A stretch of 64,000 bases of DNA from Chitinophagales bacterium (GTDB lineage: Bacteria > Bacteroidota > Bacteroidia > Chitinophagales > Saprospiraceae), in assembly GCA_026928325.1 (NCBI GenBank), contig JAIXKS010000039.1, positions 66,929 through 130,928 on the forward strand, read 5' to 3'. Every line of letters starts with the position of its first letter. Positions within the stretch are counted from its first letter, which is position 1. The notes under the pieces were generated by a model. It worked only from the letters and a program-made list of their open reading frames with translations, made no database searches and was not told where the DNA came from. A program made the translations under genes and the position numbers. This document shows, piece after piece, positions 20,958 to 31,045 of the stretch.

Positions 20958-22309
20958 GCACATTTAAAACAGAAGACAATGTAAATATAGCTAAAGAACA
21001 GCAATTGGATATATTGTTTTATCCTAAAGCTACTTTTAAAATAGGTGAAAGGGAAGAAATTTTAAATGTGCTTTCACTTTTTTCGGGTTGTGGCGGAATG
21101 GATTTAGGCTTTGAGGGCGGATTTGCTGTTTTGCAAGAGTCTGTTAATGAAATTTTGTCACAAGATTTCATTGATAGAAAGGAGAATAATGGGTTTGTAA
21201 AGCTAAAAAAAACAAAGTTTAAAACTATTTTTGCCAATGATATTTTAATCGATGCTAGAAATGCTTGGGTAAATTATTTTTCAAATCGTGGACACAATCC
21301 AGAGGATTTTTACAAGGACAGTATTGTTGATTTGGTAAAAATGTATCGAGCAGGTGTAAATGTTTTTCCTGAAGATGTCGATGTTGTTACAGGTGGGTTT
21401 CCTTGTCAAGATTTTAGCATAGCGGGAAAACGTAATGGATTTAATTCACATAAAAACCATAAAGGAGAATTGATTGACGATAAAGCAGCTTCTGTTGAAA
21501 CTCGTGGGCAGCTTTATATGTGGATGAAAGAAGTGATTGAGATTACGCAACCAAAAATTTTTATTGCTGAAAATGTGAAAGGTTTGGTCAATCTTGGCGA
21601 CGTAAAATCCATTATACAAAACGACTTTTCATCAGCTAACGAAAACGGTTATATCGTTCTCGACCCAAAAGTTTTACATTCCGCAGATTTCGGTGTTCCT
21701 CAATCAAGAGAAAGAGTGTTTTTTATAGGCATCAAAAAATCTGCTTTGAAAAAGTCAGCTTTAACAGAATTGGAAAAGGAAACGATCGCTGAACATTACA
21801 ATCCATATCCAAACCCGACACATTCCTACACCGTCAAGGGTAAAGAATTAAAGCATTTTGTGCAGTTAAAAAATGTTTTCAAACATTTAGAAGAACCTGA
21901 AAATACAGAAGATTTGTCCCAAAAATTTTATTCAAAAGCAAAGTTTATGGGCAAACATTGCCAAGGACAAACCGAAATTAAATTAGACAATATTTCGCCA
22001 ACAATTCGTTCGGAACATCATGGAAACATTGAATTTAGGCGGCTTTCAAAAGAAAACGGAGGCCAAAATGAAAACGAATTAAAAAAAGGTTTAAAGGAAA
22101 GAAGATTAACAGTAAGGGAATGTGCATTAATTCAAACGTTTCCGCCTGACTATGATTTCGTAATTGAAAATAAAAATGGGAGAAAAGGCTCCTTTTTAGT
22201 TAGTCCTTCACAAGCATACAAAATTATTGGAAACGCAGTTCCACCGCTTTTGGCCTACAATTTAGCCAAGAGAATAGAAGAAGTTTGGGACTTATATTTC
22301 AAGAAATAA
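20954..22309 (+). CDS. DNA (cytosine-5)-methyltransferase
   Basis: 451 aa; motif I FSGCGGMDLGF, IV GGFPCQDFSIAGKR, VI ENVKGL, VIII QSRERVFFIG, X GNAVPPLL. Confidence 0.92.
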   Translation: MSTFKTEDNVNIAKEQQLDILFYPKATFKIGEREEILNVLSLFSGCGGMDLGFEGGFAVLQESVNEILSQDFIDRKENNGFVKLKKTKFKTIFANDILIDARNAWVNYFSNRGHNPEDFYKDSIVDLVKMYRAGVNVFPEDVDVVTGGFPCQDFSIAGKRNGFNSHKNHKGELIDDKAASVETRGQLYMWMKEVIEITQPKIFIAENVKGLVNLGDVKSIIQNDFSSANENGYIVLDPKVLHSADFGVPQSRERVFFIGIKKSALKKSALTELEKETIAEHYNPYPNPTHSYTVKGKELKHFVQLKNVFKHLEEPENTEDLSQKFYSKAKFMGKHCQGQTEIKLDNISPTIRSEHHGNIEFRRLSKENGGQNENELKKGLKERRLTVRECALIQTFPPDYDFVIENKNGRKGSFLVSPSQAYKIIGNAVPPLLAYNLAKRIEEVWDLYFKK

Positions 22310-22311
22310 TT

Positions 22312-23391
22312 ATGATAATTTCAGTAAATTCAGACCCAAACAGAAGCGAATTTGATACGTTGCTCGGCTCAACGATTGACGAGTTAAATATTTACGGCCA
22401 AAAATCAGCTAAAAAAGTAGCAACACTTTTAGGCAGAAATCTAGAACCGTATGTAAGAGATGTTATGGCAGATTTGGCAGTAGGAACACCATTTGAAAAC
22501 TCAATTGAATTGATTGGCGGACAGAAATTCCCTGATATTATCGCTAAGAAATATTACGGAATTGAAGTCAAAACCACAACTCAAAACCATTGGAAAACTA
22601 CGGGAAACAGTATTTTGGAAAACACTAGACTTGATGATGTTGAACGCATTTTTATGTTGTTCGCAAAGTTGGCAAGTCCGATAGAGTTTCGTTGTCGTCC
22701 TTACGAAGAAGTTTTATCGGAAGTTGTGGTAACACACTCTCCTCGCTATTTAATTGATATGAATTTGGAGCACGGCAATACTATTTTTGACAAAATCAAA
22801 ATGCCTTACGACACATTACGCAAGAAAGAAAATCCAATCAGGCCGATTGTAGATTATTACAAAAGCAAACTCAAACCAGGTGAAGAACTTTGGTGGATGG
22901 ATGCCGAAAACAATAGCAAAGCAAGTAATATTGTTATCCGAATTTGGAATAATCTTTCTTTGAAAGAGAAACAAGAATTGAAAAATCGGGCAATGGTATA
23001 TTTTCCCGAACTTTTTGGAAATAGAAGCGACAAATTCAGCAGATTGGCGATTTGGTTGGTAACGCGTGAAGCGGTTGTTTGCCCGAATGTTCGAGATTTG
23101 TTTACGGCAGGAGGAAAGAGTGATTATGTGATAGGCAAAAATGTGTATGAAAAAGTACCGAGAATATTTTTGAACTTGTTTGACAATCTTTCAAGTATAG
23201 TAGAAGACATAAAGCAAACATCAGCTTTTGAACTTTCTGAATATTGGGATCTTAAAACGACCGACAAAATGAAGTTGTCTGATTGGATAGACTTGGTTGC
23301 TAAACATGCAAATAGAATTCAAGATGCGAAGGATTTAAACATCAAGCAATTATTGACGGAAATGGTCAAAAATAATACAGATGTGTTATAA
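22312..23391 (+). CDS. putative type II restriction endonuclease (PD-ExK)
   Basis: 359 aa from the ATG 2 nt after the MTase stop; candidate catalytic core FPDIIAKKYYGIEVK (PD...ExK). Confidence 0.55.
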   Translation: MIISVNSDPNRSEFDTLLGSTIDELNIYGQKSAKKVATLLGRNLEPYVRDVMADLAVGTPFENSIELIGGQKFPDIIAKKYYGIEVKTTTQNHWKTTGNSILENTRLDDVERIFMLFAKLASPIEFRCRPYEEVLSEVVVTHSPRYLIDMNLEHGNTIFDKIKMPYDTLRKKENPIRPIVDYYKSKLKPGEELWWMDAENNSKASNIVIRIWNNLSLKEKQELKNRAMVYFPELFGNRSDKFSRLAIWLVTREAVVCPNVRDLFTAGGKSDYVIGKNVYEKVPRIFLNLFDNLSSIVEDIKQTSAFELSEYWDLKTTDKMKLSDWIDLVAKHANRIQDAKDLNIKQLLTEMVKNNTDVL

Positions 23392-23410
23392 ATAAATTAA
23401 AATGGAAGAT

Positions 23411-23576
23411 CTAGTGCTCTGTCTATAAAAAGATTTAAATAATAATGGAAGTTGTTTTTTTTAAAGATCAAGGCAAAAAACGCAGGCATAGTGGTAACTA
23501 TGGCGAGTATTTTTAACGATGAGATTTGGAAAAAGAACGACATTTCACTAAGATATTTTTGTGGACAGAGCACTAG
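23411..23576 (+). repeat. MITE-like ~165-bp repeat, copy B
   Basis: Perfect 13-bp terminal inverted repeats CTAGTGCTCTGTC / GACAGAGCACTAG. Near-identical to the other two copies. Confidence 0.9.
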
Positions 23577-23585
23577 TCACTATCC

Positions 23586-24488
23586 TCAATTATCATATCC
23601 AAAATACTTCAACATCGTGTCGTCATTTCTCCAATTTTCCTTAATTTTTACATTGAGGTCAAGAAAGGTTCTAATGCCAAAGAAGGCTTCAATGCCTTGG
23701 CGAGATTCGATACCTAATTTTTTGATTCCGGCACCGCCTTTCCCAATAATAATTGGTTTTTGAGATTTTCTATCTACGTAGATATCGGCATAAATTCTCA
23801 AGATAGGTTGGCCATTTTTATCTTCTTCTTCCTTAAATCTTGTTACTACCACTTCACAAGAGTAGGGTACTTCTTGCTTGTACAGTTTTAAGATTTGCTC
23901 CCGAATAATTTCTGTGGTAAAAAACCGTTCGGAACGGTCAGACATATCGTCTTTAGGAAAGTAAGGTGGATTTTCTGGTAGGTCTTTTAAGATCTGACTT
24001 AAAAGCGCATCTGTATTTAGTTTTTGTTCGGCGGAGATCAGAAATGTGTGATCGAATGGGATGCGTTCTTGCCATAATTGAGCGATTTCCTCGCTTCTAT
24101 TATCTTTGTCAAGGTCACTTTTGTTGATGATTAGATACTTAGGTGTAGTCGCTGCTTGGAGCGCTGCTATGATCCGTTCTTCTCCGGTGTATCGCTCAAA
24201 GATATCGGTAACAAATAGAATGATGTCTGCATCCTCGAATGATGAATATGCAAACTTGTTCATGGCGCTTTGCATACCGTATTGCGGAGATTCGATAACT
24301 CCTGGTGAGTCTGACAGAACAATCTGATAATCCTCTTCACTGATAAGGCCAAAAATGCGGTGTCGTGTCGTTTGAGGCTTGCTGGTGATGATGGACATCT
24401 TTTCACCTACCAGCGCATTCATGAGGGTTGATTTTCCTACATTAGGGTTGCCGACTATATTGACAAAACCTGATTTATGTACGGTCAT
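23586..24488 (-). CDS. era: GTPase Era
   Basis: 300 aa; GNPNVGKST, DSPG, NKSD, C-terminal KH domain. Confidence 0.95.
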   Translation of the reverse strand: MTVHKSGFVNIVGNPNVGKSTLMNALVGEKMSIITSKPQTTRHRIFGLISEEDYQIVLSDSPGVIESPQYGMQSAMNKFAYSSFEDADIILFVTDIFERYTGEERIIAALQAATTPKYLIINKSDLDKDNRSEEIAQLWQERIPFDHTFLISAEQKLNTDALLSQILKDLPENPPYFPKDDMSDRSERFFTTEIIREQILKLYKQEVPYSCEVVVTRFKEEEDKNGQPILRIYADIYVDRKSQKPIIIGKGGAGIKKLGIESRQGIEAFFGIRTFLDLNVKIKENWRNDDTMLKYFGYDN

Positions 24489-25066
24489 AAGCGTAATTTA
24501 ATTGGGTTATTCATGATTTGTTCTACCATATCTAACAGATGATTAGGTTTAACAGTTCGCCAAGGGAGATTGTTATATCTTTCTCCAAAATTAACGTAGT
24601 GATGCAGTCTGTACTTGGACATTTCATTGCAGACATGGTCATAGGTATTGATCAAGCATACCCAACCTCGGTCGTCTTTGATGTCGTCATACCATTCCTC
24701 ATAATAACAATCATCATCACCGTGAAAATTGAGCACATGTTCGCATATAATAGCGAATTTATATATTTTATTTTTATTTAATATGTCAGCAAATTCTCGT
24801 TTTAAAAACATGATGTCGTTATATAGGGCATCATTCCACTCTCCAATGAGCTCGACGACGGCGAAGTGCTTGGCATAGTTGACAAAAAGTAATTTTCCGT
24901 ATAGTGTTTCAGAACCAAAATAATCCCATTGTGGGTGGATGAGATAGTTGTATATTTTGTTACTAAAATTAAATTCGTCATACGTACATCCGTGGAAAGG
25001 AGATTTTTTGTCATTTTCTGCCATATATTCGTCGCGCCAGCCCCACCAAGGTTCTATGTCATGCAT
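24485..25066 (-). CDS. hypothetical protein
   Basis: 193-aa ORF with a 4-nt overlap onto era; Trp/Tyr/Asp-rich, no motif recognised. Confidence 0.45.
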   Translation of the reverse strand: MHDIEPWWGWRDEYMAENDKKSPFHGCTYDEFNFSNKIYNYLIHPQWDYFGSETLYGKLLFVNYAKHFAVVELIGEWNDALYNDIMFLKREFADILNKNKIYKFAIICEHVLNFHGDDDCYYEEWYDDIKDDRGWVCLINTYDHVCNEMSKYRLHHYVNFGERYNNLPWRTVKPNHLLDMVEQIMNNPIKLRL

Positions 25067-25079
25067 ATAAAAAAAGCAT

Positions 25080-26081
25080 TTAGATAATCAAATTGTTTTT
25101 TCCGGTGATTTGTTCAATGGACCAAACCTTTTCTTCGTCGTAAGCGGGATTATTCAAAATGCAAAGATCTTTACATTTTGGACAATTTTCTTTTCGACAA
25201 GGTTCGCTTTGAATAGAAATATCGAGTTCTTCCTCTTCAAATTCTTTTCTAATGATACTTTTTAAAAAGGTCGTCTCCTGATGTGCTTGTTCGACAGTAT
25301 AATGATAGGGTAGCGTAAGATGCATATCGATATGATATACTTGACCAAATCTCAACAAAGTGAGTTTGTGGATATTGACCCAAGTGGGTCTTTTGTTCAA
25401 TTTGATGACGTTTACAATTCTATTTAGTGCGATCGGATCGGCTTCATCCATCAGACCGGTTACGGTATCTTTTAGCACTTGATAGCCTGTATAAAGAATA
25501 AAAAGCCCAAAGCTAATAGCCAAAAGACTATCCATCCACTGGTGACCTGTCGCCATATATAGCAGCAATCCTCCGATAAGGGCAAAGGTAGAATAGGCAT
25601 CTGATTGCAGGTGCTTGCCTTCGGATATTAGGCTGATGGAACCATAGTTTTTGCCCTTTTTTATACTGAACATTCCTAAAATATAATTAATTAGGCTGGT
25701 GGACATTAAAATGATAATACCCAATCCTATATCTTGAATTATCGGTGGATGATTGAGCCTATTAATCGCTTCAATGACGATCAAAACGCCGGCGACAGCA
25801 ATCAAGATACCTTCAACTGAAGCCGTTAATAATTCGATTTTCCCATGACCATAGGGATGATCTTCATCTCTAGGTTTCAAAGCGTACTTTAAGGCTTGAA
25901 GCGTCATAATCGAAGTAGTGATATTGACGATACTTTCTAGTGCATCGGATAAGATACTTACCGAGTTTGTAAAGTAAAATGCAAGCATTTTGGCTAAAAA
26001 TACGAGGATGCTTGCTCCTAATATCAACCACTGGAATTTTGTCTTTTTTTTGCCCTTATTTAAAATGAATTGATTTTCCAT
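25080..26081 (-). CDS. cation diffusion facilitator family transporter
   Basis: 333 aa; six TM segments, HxxxD-type sites (DALESIVN, HLQSDAYS), C-terminal cytoplasmic domain. Confidence 0.85.
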   Translation of the reverse strand: MENQFILNKGKKKTKFQWLILGASILVFLAKMLAFYFTNSVSILSDALESIVNITTSIMTLQALKYALKPRDEDHPYGHGKIELLTASVEGILIAVAGVLIVIEAINRLNHPPIIQDIGLGIIILMSTSLINYILGMFSIKKGKNYGSISLISEGKHLQSDAYSTFALIGGLLLYMATGHQWMDSLLAISFGLFILYTGYQVLKDTVTGLMDEADPIALNRIVNVIKLNKRPTWVNIHKLTLLRFGQVYHIDMHLTLPYHYTVEQAHQETTFLKSIIRKEFEEEELDISIQSEPCRKENCPKCKDLCILNNPAYDEEKVWSIEQITGKNNLII

Positions 26082-26215
26082 GGCATTTTGCCATTTTTAC
26101 TTACAGTATAAATTACTAACGTGTAAATGTATAAAAGTATTACGACTAATTGCTAAGTTTTATATGATGAAGTATCTTTTTTTTTAAATCGCTTTTTACT
26201 CCCAAAACTAATCCC

Positions 26216-26223
26216 TACCTTTG
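26216..26223 (+). promoter_or_regulatory. Bacteroidota -7 promoter box TAccTTTG
   Basis: TACCTTTG immediately upstream of the riboswitch. Confidence 0.5.
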
Positions 26224-26226
26224 TGC

Positions 26227-26340
26227 TTCCTAAATTGGGGTGCTTGAGCATTGCTCTTGCTGAGATTATACCCATCGAACCTGTCCGGGTAATGCCGGAA
26301 AGGGAGCAACATACCATCTACAGCGTATCTCATTTAGGAA
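26227..26340 (+). promoter_or_regulatory. TPP (THI-box) riboswitch
   Basis: Conserved aptamer elements GGGGTGC...CTGAGA...ACCC...GAACCTG-CCGGGTAATGCCGGAAAGGGAG. A 9-bp long-range pairing TTCCTAAAT/ATTTAGGAA brackets it. Confidence 0.8.
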
Positions 26341-26370
26341 ATTCAATTTTTTATTAAAAATGTAATTGAA

Positions 26371-28827
26371 ATGAGATACTTAATTATTCTGTTGACTTTT
26401 TTTTCATCGAATGTTTTGTTTAGCCAATATACCATTTCCGGTAAGGTCTTTAATGACATGGGCGAACGGCTTGAATTTGGATCTGTTTTCCTAGTTAATA
26501 CGCCTTATGCAGCGGTTTCGGATATCAATGGCTTATATGTTATACGTGATATTGCACCCGGTAATTATTTCCTAAAAGCATCGTATGTGGGATACGATCC
26601 GATAATTATGGAGGTTGAAGTTTATGATAATATCGAACAAGATATCCATTTTAGTGGTGAGATTTTTCGATTGCACCAAATCGATATCCAAGCCAATAGA
26701 ATCGTAGCTCGTGGACCGTTTACGAGGAGTGATGTGTCTAAAGAATCATTGATTAAAAATAATTTAGGGCAAGATGTGACCTATCTCTTACAGTGGACGC
26801 CATCGATGGTAGTTACTTCAGATGCCGGAGCCGGTATCGGTTATACGAGCATGCGCATGAGAGGCTCGGACCAAACCAGAATCAACGTTACGCTCAATGG
26901 TGTTCCGGTCAATGATGCCGAATCTCAAAATGTTTTTTGGGTCAATATGCCGGACTTGGCAGCCTCAGTGACGAATGTTCAGGTTCAGCGAGGAGCAGGC
27001 CCGTCCACTGTCGGAGCAGGAGCCTTTGGCGGAACGGTGAGTATCAATACTTCAGAAGTAAGGATTAATCCTTTCCTTGATGTGGATGCTGTGTATGGAT
27101 CCTTCGGAACGCATAAACTTTCAGCCAATCTAGGTTCTGGATTGATGCATGACAAATATAGTGTTCAAGGTCGAATCAGTTGGATACATTCTGATGGTTA
27201 TATTGACAGAGCCTCGGCTGACTTAGCGAGTTATTATTTTTCAGCGGTTCGAGTAACATCTAAATCTTCACTTCGATTGAATGTTTTAAGTGGCCAAGAG
27301 CAAACCTATCAAGCATGGAATGGATCGCCCGAAGCCAAGGTCAGAGGCGATGAAGCAGCTTTGCAAGCACATTATTGGGTAAATGTAGGTGGCTTGTATA
27401 AAACCAGAGAGGACTCAGTCAATCTCTTTTCATCCGATCGTAAATACAATTACTACACTTATCAAAATCAAGTAGATAATTACCGCCAAACACATTTTCA
27501 ATTGCTACATGCGTATCAATTCAACCCTAAGTTTAAAACCAAATTGACGCTATTTTATACCAAGGGCAAGGGCTTTTTTGAAGAATGGAAATCTCAAGCT
27601 AAACTCAAAGATTATGGTGTTGAGCCCGTTATGGACGAGCATGGCTCTTTGATTTCAAAATCGGACATCGTTAGGAAACGTTGGTTAGATAATGGACTTG
27701 TTGGTGTGCTCGGTGATGCAGTCTATGATGTAAATAATAACGCAGCTTTACACTTTGGAATAGGTGCTAATCATTATGTAGGTCACCATTTTGGCCATAT
27801 CAAGAAGTCGTCTATCGCATTGCCCAATTTGCCGCGAGACTATCGATATTTTGATAATACAGGGAAGAAATCAGATATTTCGGGTTATGCGAGATGGGTT
27901 CAACACCTAGCCAACAGATGGACATTTTTTGGAGATCTACAAGTGCGATATGTAGATTATGGTATTTTGGGAACAGATAAGACTAGGGAATTTGTCGATG
28001 TATCTGAGGACTTTACTTTCTTCAATCCTAAAGCTGGATTGAGCTATGGCTTGACTCATTCCTCTGACTTGTACGCATCTATTGCTGTAGCTGGAAAAGA
28101 ACCTTCTCGAGGTGATTTTATTGATAATGCGTTGGCAGGCTTACCCAATCCAGAGCGGTTGTATAATTCAGAAATCGGGTATCGACTTGACAAAAATAAG
28201 ACGAAGTTTGAATCCAATATCTATTATATGGATTATAAAGATCAGTTGGTACTCACTGGCGACCTTAATGAGTCTGGTGCGGGCATACGAGTCAATGTGC
28301 CTAAAAGCTATCGACTAGGATGGGAATCATCGCTGACACATTTTCTAAATAATACCTGGGCGATTCACTTGAATGCAACTTGGAGCCAAAATAAAATCAA
28401 AGCTTTTGACGAGGTGTTTGCGGATTATACCAATGGATTTGAAAAAGAGATTATTCATCACGAAAATACGGATATTTCATTTTCTCCGTCCTTAACTGGA
28501 ATGGTGGGTATTTTGTGTAAGCCTTTGGATGGATTGGAAATAGAGTGGTCTGGAAAATATGTAAGCCGCCAATATCTTGATAATACCTCCAATCTTGATC
28601 GTTCCTTGCCGAGTTATCATTTTCACAATTTGAGGATAGCTAAGGATTTTAATGCTTCATTTTGGAAACTTTGTACCGCTACTTTGCAAGTCAATAATGT
28701 GTTGAATTATAAATATTCGTCCAATGGTTACACCTATTCCTATAGATACGAAGATGTAATCACTGAAAATTTCTTATATCCACAAGCTGGCATTAACTTG
28801 ATGTTGGGTGTGAATATACGATTTTAA
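26371..28827 (+). CDS. TonB-dependent receptor with N-terminal carboxypeptidase-regulatory-like domain
   Basis: 818 aa; signal peptide, CarbopepD_reg-like start, plug domain, beta-barrel ending in aromatic ...NIRF. Confidence 0.85.
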   Translation: MRYLIILLTFFSSNVLFSQYTISGKVFNDMGERLEFGSVFLVNTPYAAVSDINGLYVIRDIAPGNYFLKASYVGYDPIIMEVEVYDNIEQDIHFSGEIFRLHQIDIQANRIVARGPFTRSDVSKESLIKNNLGQDVTYLLQWTPSMVVTSDAGAGIGYTSMRMRGSDQTRINVTLNGVPVNDAESQNVFWVNMPDLAASVTNVQVQRGAGPSTVGAGAFGGTVSINTSEVRINPFLDVDAVYGSFGTHKLSANLGSGLMHDKYSVQGRISWIHSDGYIDRASADLASYYFSAVRVTSKSSLRLNVLSGQEQTYQAWNGSPEAKVRGDEAALQAHYWVNVGGLYKTREDSVNLFSSDRKYNYYTYQNQVDNYRQTHFQLLHAYQFNPKFKTKLTLFYTKGKGFFEEWKSQAKLKDYGVEPVMDEHGSLISKSDIVRKRWLDNGLVGVLGDAVYDVNNNAALHFGIGANHYVGHHFGHIKKSSIALPNLPRDYRYFDNTGKKSDISGYARWVQHLANRWTFFGDLQVRYVDYGILGTDKTREFVDVSEDFTFFNPKAGLSYGLTHSSDLYASIAVAGKEPSRGDFIDNALAGLPNPERLYNSEIGYRLDKNKTKFESNIYYMDYKDQLVLTGDLNESGAGIRVNVPKSYRLGWESSLTHFLNNTWAIHLNATWSQNKIKAFDEVFADYTNGFEKEIIHHENTDISFSPSLTGMVGILCKPLDGLEIEWSGKYVSRQYLDNTSNLDRSLPSYHFHNLRIAKDFNASFWKLCTATLQVNNVLNYKYSSNGYTYSYRYEDVITENFLYPQAGINLMLGVNIRF

Positions 28828-28987
28828 AGCCAGAGCATTAGGATATATTGAAATTGTATAAGTCAGGATAAAATGAAAGATGAATAGATAAAATGGTATA
28901 GATAAGTTGATTGATAATTTTATTGCAGGTTGTGATTTTTTTCATATGTTTGTATCTTCTAATTTTTAGGATTGTAAATTATCAAAT

Positions 28988-29563
28988 ATGGATTTTGGCC
29001 GATATTTAGTAGAAAACTTAGATCTGACCCTTGAAGAAGAAAGGGATATTCTATTGATAGGCAAAAATAAAAGCTTCGCAAAGGGCGAGATTATCTTGCC
29101 ACCCGATAATAAATCATCCTATATCTATTTTATAGAATCCGGGTTAGTTAAAATGTTTTATTTCAAAGAAGATAAGAGCATTACACATTATTTCTTATCT
29201 GAAAATGACTTTATAACACGCACGAGCAATTTTTATGCAAATGCTGATGATTCGGAATTTAAGTTTGGGTTACAATCTTTAGAAAGTCAAACTCGGGTTT
29301 TTTTACTGCCATTTGCTGCAATTCAAGAATTGGCTAAAGCCAACCTGAGCATCAATAATTTTATTCAAAAATTATTATTGAATCTAATCAAAGGTTACTC
29401 TAATCGATTGTACAGCCTTCAATTTGAAAACGCTAAAGATCGATATGCACAATTGCTACGTGAATCACCGGAAATCCTTTTGCGAGCACCATTAGGAGAC
29501 ATCGCTTCTTACTTGGGTATTTCCCAACAAACGCTGAGTGTAATCAGAGGTCAGGTTAAATAA
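28988..29563 (+). CDS. Crp/Fnr family transcriptional regulator
   Basis: 191 aa; cNMP-binding-like N-terminus, C-terminal HTH GDIASYLGISQQTLSVIR. Confidence 0.7.
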   Translation: MDFGRYLVENLDLTLEEERDILLIGKNKSFAKGEIILPPDNKSSYIYFIESGLVKMFYFKEDKSITHYFLSENDFITRTSNFYANADDSEFKFGLQSLESQTRVFLLPFAAIQELAKANLSINNFIQKLLLNLIKGYSNRLYSLQFENAKDRYAQLLRESPEILLRAPLGDIASYLGISQQTLSVIRGQVK

Positions 29564-29650
29564 ATTCATCATTTGTTCATTTTTTAAGATTTCTTAAAAA
29601 TCGAATGGTTTTTGTGGCTTAATTTTGCGGCATAATTAGAAATTAGGATC

Positions 29651-31045
29651 ATGAAATCACGTTTAGTATTATTTTTGAGCTTGAGTACATCCTTGTTTTT
29701 GTCTTCATTGAGCGCCCAGTCGATTGTAACGCCTACACTCAATGAACCAATCAGACAAGCGATTGCTAACAATGCCCAATTGGAACTCAAAAGAGCCGAT
29801 AGCGAGATTACTCGACTAGAAGAAGCACAATTGCGCGGCCGCTAAACGCCTCAGGTAGATGTTATTGGTGGCTATGGATTTTTGTTCTCCCGAATGAACA
29901 ATGAATTTCCAACACATTATTTACCTATTTCTCAAAAGCCAATTTTTGACGACGCACTTATTTCAAATTTGAATACCCACACGGTATTAGGCGGTGTTTC
30001 AGCTAAGCAAATCATCTATGCCGGGCATCAAATAAAATATGGTCGCGAAGCCTTACAGGAAAAAGAAAAGGCACAGCGATTGATGGCAGAAGCAGCCAAA
30101 GAAGAAATAGCAATGGAAGTCATCGAAACCTTTGACCAATTGATGCTGCTTCATGAGATAGATACGCTTATTATACATACCGAACAGCGATTAAATATTG
30201 AAAAGCAAAGAATCGAAATGGGTATAAAAAATGGTTTGGCGGTACCTTATGATAGAGATAAGATAGCCTTGGCTTTACTAGAATTGGAAGAGAAAAAGTT
30301 AGATGTTGCCGGTAGCCGATCGTTATTATATGAAAAACTCCAATATTTGACGCACATGGATGCAGTAGCGCTGATGGATATTAATTATAAATTGGCACCT
30401 ATGGATGAATTCGATTTTGTGGCTTCCCCGGAAAAGAGGTTGGAATTAAAAGCCTTATCAGCCGGACAAAAAGCCCAAGAGATGCTTTACAATAAAGAAA
30501 AGGGTAGTCTGATGCCAAGCGTTTTTGCTTTTGCCAATGTCAATTATTTTAATGCTTTCGGTACGCATCTCAATCTTAAAGATGTACCATCTGGTGTAGA
30601 TATCGGAATAAAAGCCGATCATCTGAGTTTACAACCAGCTATGACCATAGGTGTGGGATTCAAGTGGAATCTTTTGGATGGCGGTGCCCAAGATAAAAAG
30701 ATAAAAAAAGCAGCTCTTGAAGTATCCATGGCTGAGACTAAATTGAAAGATACAGAAGAAAAACTTACGCTTTTGATTTCTAAAAACAAGACGGACTTGA
30801 ATGTTGCAAATATGCGAATAGACGTGGCATCGAAGCAAATTGTCATTGCTGCGAATAGCCTAGATTTGGCGACGAAACAATATCAGTCTGGTCTTATTGA
30901 TTTGCCGGAAAGATTAGCGGCAGAAAATGATTATTATCGGGCTAATTTCAATTATTATACAAATTTATTAAATCAACGTAAAGCCAGTGTTTCATTGCTT
31001 GTAGCTACTGGCGAATTAATCGAAAAAACCATAGGACATGAATAA
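29651..31045 (+). pseudogene. TolC-family outer membrane efflux protein interrupted by an in-frame TAA
   Basis: ORFs 29651..29845 (signal peptide plus first TolC helix) and 29882..31045 are in the same frame. A single TAA at 29843..29845 separates ...EEAQLRGR from TPQVDVIGGYGF... Confidence 0.7.

Noticed and set aside
23452-23763. 103-aa ORF on the plus strand
   Set aside because: It starts inside MITE copy B and continues antisense to the 3' end of era. It has low-complexity composition and no motifs, so it is an artefact of the repeat plus antisense reading.
29835-29845. GCGGCCGC (NotI site) immediately followed by TAA looked like an engineered cassette scar
   Set aside because: The flanking codons translate into a continuous TolC sequence and no vector-like sequence surrounds the site. 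A natural nonsense mutation or a base-call error is the simpler explanation.
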